Assembly: GCA_964555975.1 (NCBI GenBank)
Contig: CAZKUO010000001.1
Location: 36,825 to 100,824 of the forward strand
Reading direction: 5' to 3'
Origin: an uncultured Ruminococcus sp.
GTDB lineage: Bacteria; Bacillota; Clostridia; Oscillospirales; Acutalibacteraceae
DNA length: 64,000 nucleotides
A program made the position numbers and the translations under genes. Positions 58,101 to 64,000 of this stretch are shown piece by piece (positions within the stretch are counted from its first letter, which is position 1; every line of letters starts with the position of its first letter). A model generated the notes under the pieces. That model did no database searches. It was not told the DNA's origin and saw only the letters and a program-made list of their open reading frames with translations.

Positions 58101-58577
58101 CATTACGATGCAAAAAAGCTCAGACTTAACGGCATCACGCCGAACACAAATATTCCGGACGGAACAATGATTGAGTATAATTCGGAATATGGCACCGGTC
58201 TTGCGAAAATCTCTTTTATAACCGATAGCGGAGCAGATGCAACTGTTTTGCTGGCATCCCTCAAATTCACGGTTTTAAAAGGAGCATACGGTAGTGCTGA
58301 AACAAGTGTTAATGCCAAAACCGCTTTTTACGACAAGGACGGCGACCCGCTTGATTATGTAATTAAGAGCGGTGAAGTTGAGATCGTCAACGAAATCGGT
58401 GATGCAAATTGTGACGGTTATGTCGACATTCGTGATATGGTACACATTAAAAAGGCAACTTCCGGCTTAGAATATAAGGAGTCCTGCGACTTCAACAATG
58501 ATAAGCTTAATAACACGCTTGATATTACTTTGCTTAAAAAATTCATTCTCGGATTATTGAAAAGCTTTGCGAATTGA
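55128..58577 (+). CDS. large secreted multidomain protein: Cys/His peptidase-like domain, ricin-B lectin, Listeria-Bacteroides repeats, Ig-like and SH3-like domains, cohesin and dockerin
   Basis: 1149 aa. Signal peptide ending TVSA. WQCHGY/DHTIFV Cys-His pair and a poly-Ser linker. Three QxF/W ricin repeats (DQKFYV, CQQFYL, TQKWFF). GYSFAGWN and GHSFLGWA repeats and Big_3-like modules. ATGA overlap with the upstream gene. Confidence 0.8.
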   Translation: MNMRKIKKFCAAFLVMILTVLSFSAAFTVSAANLTEEEFAAKIAQLKTEYPDGKYWSDKNGTVKSGKYKGTSLVGNKKCSKSYGWCSYCGTFALNGTYLAWQCHGYSLLLAHKIFGSNANDWPKASDKKLYAGDVVRIDLDGDGINDDYDHTIFVYKVTSSNVYYTDCNGSDPCQIRWTSESYTKLKKKILYIRRYKGNTLTGTGSSSSSSSSTDNTVHKTTETLVYNGIYTVKNASSGKMLNVYAGVNSDGTKLTTWDRDGTTDQKFYVKHNGGGKYRLYAVTSKSGSNYERAVDINIGSDGALGTGDDYGDIWSCSSWDDCQQFYLVPQSDGSIVLELASMSGMVLASKNATEANKNGGAITLSSYNGANTQKWFFCSEDGTEVLNPTARYSFSYDGNGAESGNGEAFTIYPGESLTVIANPFTRSGYSFAGWNVNRKSDNTWYVAGKGWKTETEIAENGYTKKTYTPGLSYTIDATWTNGSNSTESFAFNAVWSKNVSRLVFDAEGFETISVNTGDSVTIPDFIPEKEGHSFLGWATYEAAEEASLLPGESFTLDGDLTLYPVWYDDTIVNIYLKTKPSKQIYAVGDNVDTAQVSLYVEKNDGSVETVTSGFKCDKTRITALGKNTVNVSYKMRSVAFTVTAVSCPGYTSAKATAKKLTYLLPSTSSKTTMGLSVDEVYKDDVCKIICKDGDFYLIEYPYVKWNVFSYVSTAAFSNVSGVPDASEVYSNISAVTNKSTPVYHRPSTDKMISSNGNGDLTLIDTLSKGRTVTVLFEYNGYYYIRTSSYTGFVAKSALTFEDDAESVMLETAGKSEFDLGESFSLGATVLSAKYTNGKTESVSSGFKLSAPEIDGEGNYNVFVGIDDVYTYYSIRVAEKEIESIAINTYPSAKHYINEPINLQGMTIKAIYTDGTEKIIDYGFEVIGSITRIGKNTISCKYKNHTASLDLEGCERTHIDFSTASGRINSEISVSVSLVPSEAVYDGSILIHYDAKKLRLNGITPNTNIPDGTMIEYNSEYGTGLAKISFITDSGADATVLLASLKFTVLKGAYGSAETSVNAKTAFYDKDGDPLDYVIKSGEVEIVNEIGDANCDGYVDIRDMVHIKKATSGLEYKESCDFNNDKLNNTLDITLLKKFILGLLKSFAN
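57996..58391 (+). other. cohesin-like module of the 1149-aa protein
   Basis: aa ~957-1088: FSTASGRINSEISVSVSLVP...ILIHYDAKKLRLNGITP...LASLKFTVLKG. This alternating beta-strand pattern resembles cohesins. Assigned by eye only. Confidence 0.55.
58392..58556 (+). other. dockerin module of the 1149-aa protein
   Basis: GDANCDGYVDIRDMVHIKK ... CDFNNDKLNNTLDITLLKKFILG: a duplicated EF-hand-like Ca-binding loop plus helix. Confidence 0.75.
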
Positions 58578-58653
58578 AGCGATGTAAAAAGAACTTCGTT
58601 TAAAATAACTGTTGACAAGCAGGGCAATTTAGCTTAAAATAAATAAGCAGTAG

Positions 58654-58692
58654 AGGCTGTACCCTTAAAAAAGGGTGCAGCCTGATTTTCTG
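58654..58692 (+). terminator. rho-independent terminator after the CHAP/cohesin operon
   Basis: AGGCTGTACCCTT-AAAAA-AGGGTGCAGCCT followed by GATTTTCTGTT. Confidence 0.7.
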
Positions 58693-58715
58693 TTGTGAAA
58701 GGATGTATTTGTATT

Positions 58716-60095
58716 ATGTCTCAAAAGTATGATGTTGCGATTATAGGCGGCGGTATAGGTGGACTTATGGCGGCTTACAGGCTTTGCCGCAATATACCGA
58801 ATATTAAAATAGTAATAACCGAGCGCGGAAATACGCTTGAAAACAGGCATTGCCCCGCAGGTAAAAACAATACCTGCGTTCACTGTAAGCATTGCTCCAT
58901 AACAAGCGGCTATGCGGGTGCAGGTGCCTTTTCGGACGGTAAGTTTAACCTCGGCACGGCTTACGGCGGAACACTCGGTGAGGAATTGGGCGACGATACC
59001 GCCAATACATATATCGACGAGGTTGATAAAATTCTGAATGAATACTGCACCTCGGGTGAGCCTACGGTTTACAAATCAAACGAAGAATTGAAGCTGAAGT
59101 GCCTGCAAAACAATTTGCGCCTGCTTGATATGAACGTTAAGCACCTCGGCACCGATAAGAATTACGTTACAATGCAGAACCTTATAAACGCACTTGCGGC
59201 CGATGGGGTTGATATGCTTGCGTTCTATGATTGCGAGCACGTTGAAAAAACCGACGGCGGCTATACCCTGCATTACACCAACGGTGAGGTAATAACAGCC
59301 GAAAAGGTAATAATAGCAACAGGTCGCGGCGGAGCCAATTTTGTGGCAGATTTCTGCCGTTCGTTCGGTGTGCGTATGCGCTCCAATTATGTTGACATCG
59401 GCGTTCGCGTGGAAATGAAGGATATAATTTGGCGTGAATTTTCAGACCGAATTTATGAGCCGAAGATACTTTACAGAACCAAAACCTTTGAGGACAGGTG
59501 CAGAATGTTCTGCTTTAACAAGGGCGGCCTGGTATCTGCCGAAAACAATCACGGCATTATCACGGCAAACGGTCACTCCTTTGCGGATCCCGCCAAAAAG
59601 ACCGACAACTGCAACTTTGCCATTCTTTCAAGCATTCGCTTTACCGAGCCCTTTGACCAGCCCACAGAGTATGCCGAGAGCATATCGCGCCTTGCAAATA
59701 TGATAGGCAAGGGCAATGTGCTTGTTCAGCGCTTTGGTGATTTGGTTCGCGGCAGACGCACCAACGACCACCGTTTGGGTCAGAATACGGTTATACCCAC
59801 GCTTAAGGCTACCTCGGGGGATATTTCGCTTGTGCTTCCCCACAGAATACTTACAAACATTATAGAAACCATTTACGCACTTGATAAGGTGGCGCCCGGC
59901 ACCGCAAATGACGATACACTGCTTTACGGGTGTGAGAGCAAATATTACTCAATTCGCCCCGAATTTATGAATGAAAAATTTGAGCTTACGGATAATGTGT
60001 ATATTATAGGCGACGGCAGCGGCATTTGCCGCGGACTTTCGCAGTCGGGCGCTATGGGAATTTACGTTGCCGACTGTATTTCCGAGAAAAAATAA
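58716..60095 (+). CDS. FAD-dependent protein (COG2509-type NAD(P)/FAD oxidoreductase)
   Basis: YDVAIIGGGIGGLMAA dinucleotide fold and a CPAG...CVHCKHC Cys cluster. The ATG at 58716 is preferred over the GTG at 58695. Confidence 0.7.
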   Translation: MSQKYDVAIIGGGIGGLMAAYRLCRNIPNIKIVITERGNTLENRHCPAGKNNTCVHCKHCSITSGYAGAGAFSDGKFNLGTAYGGTLGEELGDDTANTYIDEVDKILNEYCTSGEPTVYKSNEELKLKCLQNNLRLLDMNVKHLGTDKNYVTMQNLINALAADGVDMLAFYDCEHVEKTDGGYTLHYTNGEVITAEKVIIATGRGGANFVADFCRSFGVRMRSNYVDIGVRVEMKDIIWREFSDRIYEPKILYRTKTFEDRCRMFCFNKGGLVSAENNHGIITANGHSFADPAKKTDNCNFAILSSIRFTEPFDQPTEYAESISRLANMIGKGNVLVQRFGDLVRGRRTNDHRLGQNTVIPTLKATSGDISLVLPHRILTNIIETIYALDKVAPGTANDDTLLYGCESKYYSIRPEFMNEKFELTDNVYIIGDGSGICRGLSQSGAMGIYVADCISEKK

Positions 60096-60170
60096 TTTTT
60101 TTGTAACCCTTTTTGTCACGCCGTACGTTTTATTAATGAGTATTCGGTCTGGCATAGCCGAAAGAGAGGG

Positions 60171-61808
60171 GTGGGTGACACTGTGATTATAAACCGAAAA
60201 AGTTTGCTTTGCTTTATTCTTGCACTGCTGTTTTGCTTTATGTGCGGCTGTAAAAAGGCGGATGATGTGGTGAGTGAGCCTTCCTATAGCAGTGTGCAGG
60301 TGGACACCGAGCTTGTTGCAGATGACACTGCCGACCCCGAAAACAGCGAGATTAAAAGCGAAATCGGCGCGCAAATCAGTGCCGAGGAGCTGACTGCCAA
60401 GGCAGGCAAGGCCAATGGAATAGATGTTTCCAAATGGCAGGGGAGGATAGATTGGAGCAAGGTTGCGTCCTCCGGTATTGATTTTGCCATGATTCGCATA
60501 GGCTTTCGCGGGGAAAACGGAATTATATATCGTGATACCTGCGCCGATTATAACATTCAGCAGGCGGAAAAGGTCGGAATTGCGGTGGGTGTTTATTTCT
60601 TTTCCACTGCTGTTGACACGGAGGAAGCACTCAAGGAGGCCGAGTGGACGGTTGCGGCAATTGCGGGATATTCCATTTCCTGCCCGGTGGTGTACGATTG
60701 TGAGGGCTTTTTGAACAGCGGCAGTCGAATGTACGGTATTTCAAGCGAACAGCGAACCGATAATGCACTTGCGTTTTTAAATTCGGTTAAGTCTGCGGGA
60801 TATGAGGGAATGCTTTATTCCGCCGTGAGCGAGCTTGCGGCTTCAAAGTATTGGCAAACCAAAAGGCTTGAAAAGGAATTTTCCGTTTGGGTGGCACGTT
60901 ATCCCGAGGTGCCATACCCCAAAACCGAGCAGCCGGGCTACAGCGGCAGATACGATATGTGGCAGTATACCGATAACGGCCGTGTAAACGGGATTGACGG
61001 CAACGTGGATTTATCGGTTGCATATTTTGTGCCCACACCGAAAAATCCGAAAAACAGCTCTGCAAGGCCCAATGCTGCCGAAGCCCCAAGCGAGAACGGA
61101 GATGCATATTATTCCGCGGCCGAGGCTGATGTTACGCCGAAAATAGAGGTTAATTTGCGTGCCGCCGCCACAACAAAAAGCAGTATTGTGGCAACGGTTA
61201 AAAACGGCACCGTGCTCAAGCGCAAGAGCGTGGGTACAAACGGTTGGTCGCGCCTTAGCTATAACGGTCAAACCGTTTATGCAATAACAAGCTATCTCAC
61301 AACCGATATCGGCTATCGTCCGCCCGCAGATGACGGCTTTGCGGCAGCAGAGGGACAGGTTACAGCAAAGGATGAAACCAATTTACGCGCCGCCCCCTCT
61401 ACCGACAGTGAAATTGTGGCCGTGATAAAAAACGGCGATTTTGTTAAAAAAACGGGCGAGAACAGAGCGGGTTGGACACGGCTTGACTATAACGGAAGGA
61501 CGGTTTACGCAAAATCAAGCCTGCTTACAACCGAGGTTCGGGAAATTACCGATGTTACACCCTCGGCAAATGACGGCTTTACAGCGGCGGGCGGCAGATT
61601 TACCGCAAAGGATGAGGTGAATTTACGCTCCGCACCGAACGGCAAGGAGGATAATGTTGTGTGTATGCTCAAGCGCGGCGATTTTGCCGAGCGGCTCGGC
61701 ACTAACGGCGGTAAGGGCTGGACAAAGCTTTTGTATAACGGGCAAACGCTTTATGCGGTATCAAGTATGCTTTTGTCCGAGGAGGAATTTAACTCGGCAG
61801 AGCAATAA
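60171..61808 (+). CDS. GH25 muramidase (lysozyme) lipoprotein with three C-terminal SH3b repeats
   Basis: Lipobox-like LLFCFMCGC. GH25 start GIDVSKWQGRIDW...DFAMIRIG and DMWQYTD. Three ~70-aa SH3b repeats. The start may be the GTG at 60171 or at 60183. Confidence 0.85.
   Translation: MGDTVIINRKSLLCFILALLFCFMCGCKKADDVVSEPSYSSVQVDTELVADDTADPENSEIKSEIGAQISAEELTAKAGKANGIDVSKWQGRIDWSKVASSGIDFAMIRIGFRGENGIIYRDTCADYNIQQAEKVGIAVGVYFFSTAVDTEEALKEAEWTVAAIAGYSISCPVVYDCEGFLNSGSRMYGISSEQRTDNALAFLNSVKSAGYEGMLYSAVSELAASKYWQTKRLEKEFSVWVARYPEVPYPKTEQPGYSGRYDMWQYTDNGRVNGIDGNVDLSVAYFVPTPKNPKNSSARPNAAEAPSENGDAYYSAAEADVTPKIEVNLRAAATTKSSIVATVKNGTVLKRKSVGTNGWSRLSYNGQTVYAITSYLTTDIGYRPPADDGFAAAEGQVTAKDETNLRAAPSTDSEIVAVIKNGDFVKKTGENRAGWTRLDYNGRTVYAKSSLLTTEVREITDVTPSANDGFTAAGGRFTAKDEVNLRSAPNGKEDNVVCMLKRGDFAERLGTNGGKGWTKLLYNGQTLYAVSSMLLSEEEFNSAEQ
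61128..61790 (+). repeat. three tandem SH3b-encoding repeats inside the GH25 gene
   Basis: Repeated pattern (V/F)T(P/A)K.E.NLR(A/S)AP...GW(S/T)(R/K)L.YNG(Q/R)T(V/L)YA..S.L occurs three times. Confidence 0.8.
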
Positions 61809-61826
61809 AAATATTTTAAAACATTT

Positions 61827-61864
61827 GGGGCGGTGCCCGTGAGAAAGCTCACAGGCACCGCCCC
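61827..61864. terminator. bidirectional hairpin between the lysozyme gene and the tiny Cys-rich ORF
   Basis: GGGGCGGTGCC-c-GTGAG-aaag-CTCAC-a-GGCACCGCCCC: 16 bp pair around a single mismatch. Confidence 0.7.
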
Positions 61865-61883
61865 TGTTGCACTTGCAGATAAA

Positions 61884-62012
61884 TCAGCAGCCGCAACCGC
61901 AGTTGTTGTCACAGCCGCAGCTGTTACCGCCGCATCCGCCGCAGCAAACGAGGATGAGGATTAAAATTATGATCCAGGTGCAGCCGTTTCCGCCGAAATT
62001 GTTGTTACACAT
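61884..62012 (-). CDS. tiny (42 aa) Cys/Gly/Asn-rich single-TM protein, YjcZ-like in architecture
   Basis: Not in the ORF track because it is under 60 aa. My translation is MCNNNFGGNGCTWIIILILILVCCGGCGGNSCGCDNNCGCGC. AAAGGAGG lies 8 nt upstream of the ATG, and a hairpin terminator follows the TGA. Confidence 0.65.
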   Translation of the reverse strand: MCNNNFGGNGCTWIIILILILVCCGGCGGNSCGCDNNCGCGC

Positions 62013-62068
62013 TGCAAAGACCTCCTTTTTTGTCTTCACCACATACTATGCCGAACGGAGAAAATGTG

Positions 62069-62827
62069 TTACTGCACAGGTTTTTTAAATATAAACAAAT
62101 ACTCATGTGCTATAAGCAAAAAGTTATATTTCACGCTATTTGTTTTCCAATATCCTGTTGCTTTGCAATTGTGTTGTTCTTTTATAATCAATTCTTTCAG
62201 TTTAAATCCGGCATCTTCAAAAATACGCATAACATCAAATGACATTGGTATCATACAGCCTTTTTGTCTTGTGTCACCCATAAGAATTGCACAGAACTTG
62301 TCCTTTTTCAGAACACGATAGCTTTCTGCCGCAACCTTTTTCATTTCCTCAAGAAAATCCTTTACTTTAAGTTGCGATAAATCACCGTCAATGCCATCAC
62401 TGTATTTTATAATATCAGCATACGGCGGGTGAGTGCATATTAAATCAATGCTTTCATCGGGAACAAAATCAAGATTTCGTGCATCACCCTTTTTGATATA
62501 TACCCTGCCTTTTGCCGGTTCATATTCAAAATCCGTCTTTTCTCGGCATCTTTCAAGTGCAATATCATTTATATCAACACCGATTATATCCCGATTTAAA
62601 AGCTTTGCTTCAACAAGCGTGGTTCCGCCTCCGGCAAATTGATCAAGCACTAAATCGTTTTCTTTTGAATAACGGAGGAGAATATTTCGGGGTATATACG
62701 GTGACCAATTGCCACGCCATTTTGCATCGTGCGTTGCCCAATTACCACGCTTCGGAAATGACCAATGAGTAGTCGTTTCAAGCTCAAAATCTCCCGGAGC
62801 ATATTTTTTGATTTTCTTTTCTGCCAT
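62069..62827 (-). CDS. SAM-dependent DNA methyltransferase (motif I before motif IV; HPPY)
   Basis: 252 aa. VLDQFAGGGTT (FxGxG) lies upstream of ICTHPPYADII. The start codon overlaps the stop of the R.DpnII-like gene. Confidence 0.7.
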   Translation of the reverse strand: MAEKKIKKYAPGDFELETTTHWSFPKRGNWATHDAKWRGNWSPYIPRNILLRYSKENDLVLDQFAGGGTTLVEAKLLNRDIIGVDINDIALERCREKTDFEYEPAKGRVYIKKGDARNLDFVPDESIDLICTHPPYADIIKYSDGIDGDLSQLKVKDFLEEMKKVAAESYRVLKKDKFCAILMGDTRQKGCMIPMSFDVMRIFEDAGFKLKELIIKEQHNCKATGYWKTNSVKYNFLLIAHEYLFIFKKPVQ

Positions 62828-63708
62828 TATTTAAAGACCTCTTGAATTATCCCGGTTTCCATATCATTGATATTATAAATGTGTTCCATAACATCAAAAG
62901 TTTCTTCAAGGTTATGTTTTGCATTTGTCCAACCCTTGCCATCCGTAAACCATACAAAAGTAAATCCGTCTATTGTATCGGTTTCAAGAGCAAGCGTTTT
63001 GTAGCTGCGTGCGGTTTCGTTAAGCTTTGAACCTTTGCTACCGTAAAAATTCGTTTCTATACCGTAGATCATATTGTCAGTTTTAACCACATAATCAAAT
63101 CGTTTTTCTGTTTTACCTTGATTTGAAATTGCAGATAAATCAATGCCCCATTTTTCGGTAATTTGATGAATATACATCTCTTTGTAGAAGTTTTTATTTT
63201 TTACAAAGCCTGCTTTTTTGATAAAGCCTTCAACCAAATTCTCCATAATGTGGCCGCCGCGATTTTTACGACCGTTGGAATCTAGCCCTGTTTCAACGCC
63301 GGTTACATAGTCAACCAAGTTGTTTACAATATGATTGGCCATTAAATCAAACAAGCCTGTTTTGCGCATGAAGACCTTGTATTGTTCTGCATCAAGATTA
63401 GGTTTCTTAAAATTATATGTAAATTCGCCGTCACTGTCTATTGCGTACATCTCATTTGACCGTACTGCCAAAAGTAAAGGAATACATTTTAAAACTTCGG
63501 GATATTTTTTAATTAAATTTTCAAAATCCGCTTCAATATTTTTAGAACCGATAAGGGAATTTAAGATATTAAGTTCAACCTTGATATTATCGACATTTCT
63601 GTGAACCTTTTCAAAATCTATGTAATAACCATAATCTGCGATACTGTCACGAAAACCGGATAACCATTCGTTAAAATCTCTGTTAGCCATATTTTTTATA
63701 CCCCTCAA
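62827..63708 (-). CDS. type II restriction endonuclease, DpnII/MboI family (GATC)
   Basis: 293 aa. Long colinear similarity to R.DpnII as I recall it (FNEWLS, NSLIGSKNI, LVDYVTGVE.G.D.NGRKNR, KRFD, FYGSKGSKLNETARSYK, YNINDME). Confidence 0.85.
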   Translation of the reverse strand: MRGIKNMANRDFNEWLSGFRDSIADYGYYIDFEKVHRNVDNIKVELNILNSLIGSKNIEADFENLIKKYPEVLKCIPLLLAVRSNEMYAIDSDGEFTYNFKKPNLDAEQYKVFMRKTGLFDLMANHIVNNLVDYVTGVETGLDSNGRKNRGGHIMENLVEGFIKKAGFVKNKNFYKEMYIHQITEKWGIDLSAISNQGKTEKRFDYVVKTDNMIYGIETNFYGSKGSKLNETARSYKTLALETDTIDGFTFVWFTDGKGWTNAKHNLEETFDVMEHIYNINDMETGIIQEVFK

Positions 63709-64000
63709 TAATTTGCAATGAGCAATTCATCTATTTTTCCACGCAATTCACTGTTGCAGTTAATCATTCGTGTTGCCTGCACTCTTTTAATTTTATGTGT
63801 TTTATAAAGCTCATCAAAGAAATTATCTTCCGTATTGGAATTTTTCGGATCGGAATTACTAACAACAACCTTTGCACCTTTTTTATTCATCATTTTCACA
63901 AACTTCGCAAGCTCAATTTGCTTTTCATCATCAAACAAGGTTTCTGTATATGCGGTAAAGCTTGATGTTTCGGTAAGCGGTCTGTAAGGCGGATCAAAAT
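63705..64000 (-). CDS. Dam-type N6-adenine DNA methyltransferase (GATC), 5' part outside the window
   Basis: The reading frame is open to the window edge. It encodes FDPPYRPLTETSSFTAYTE (motif IV DPPY) and a Dam-like C-terminus (RMINCNSELRGKIDELLIANY). ATGA-type overlap with the endonuclease gene. Confidence 0.85.
   Translation of the reverse strand, partial: FDPPYRPLTETSSFTAYTETLFDDEKQIELAKFVKMMNKKGAKVVVSNSDPKNSNTEDNFFDELYKTHKIKRVQATRMINCNSELRGKIDELLIANY

Noticed and set aside
61867-62088. 73-aa Gln/Pro-rich plus-strand ORF.
   Set aside because: It is the mirror image of the Cys/Gly-codon-rich 42-aa minus-strand ORF, which has a strong RBS and terminator. The plus-strand ORF has no RBS, and its start lies immediately after the terminator hairpin.
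62013-62110. A forespore-type (SigF/G-like) -10 element CATAGTA upstream of the tiny Cys-rich ORF.
   Set aside because: It is only a partial match. No convincing -35 element lies at the correct spacing, so this cannot be supported from sequence alone.
1-64000. CRISPR arrays, rRNA or tRNA genes, transposases, integrases and prophage structural genes.
   Set aside because: I saw no direct-repeat/spacer periodicity, no cloverleaf-capable conserved tRNA motifs in the few intergenic regions over 100 nt, and no ORF with DDE, tyrosine or serine recombinase motifs.

Overview
The window looks like a chromosomal segment from a Clostridia-type Firmicute. This assignment is an inference from an IspH-S1 fusion, a GlnRS next to GluRS, a GlpP / DUF1667 glycerol-3-P dehydrogenase cluster, and dockerin/cohesin modules. 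Most of it is densely packed housekeeping DNA: hemZ-like, dtd, relA, recJ, nrdR-gltX-glnS, cmk, ispH-rpsA, eno, cca, murC, galT, a metal ABC importer and a GldA/F/G-like ABC module. Three visibly AT-richer accessory patches interrupt it. (1) 37.0-39.6 kb holds a single 857-aa gene fusing a PD-(D/E)xK-like N-terminus, a gamma-class N6-adenine methyltransferase and one HsdS-like TRD, wedged between ispH-rpsA and eno. (2) 53.9-58.6 kb holds a two-gene operon: a secreted CHAP-dockerin protein, then a 1149-aa secreted protein with a Cys/His peptidase-like domain, ricin lectin, repeats, SH3-like domains, a cohesin and a dockerin. Its near-consensus promoter has a G9 homopolymer in the spacer. A GH25-SH3b lipoprotein lysozyme lies nearby. 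(3) 62.0-64.0 kb holds a DpnII/MboI-type (GATC) restriction cassette (Dam-like MTase, R.DpnII-like, then a differently organised second MTase) that runs off the window. Next to it I found an untracked 42-aa Cys/Gly/Asn-rich tiny membrane protein with a strong RBS. My best candidate for something new is the phase-variable-looking cohesin-dockerin peptidoglycan-hydrolase pair, followed by the single-chain R-M-S enzyme. Other points of interest are an SbcD/SbcC-like pair whose ATPase has a hydrophobic hairpin where a zinc hook would sit, and a GlpP-linked leader terminator ahead of an operon that also contains an AraM-type G1P dehydrogenase and two HAD phosphatases. All calls rest on motif recognition by eye. 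No database search was run. I saw no rRNA, tRNA, CRISPR array or transposase.
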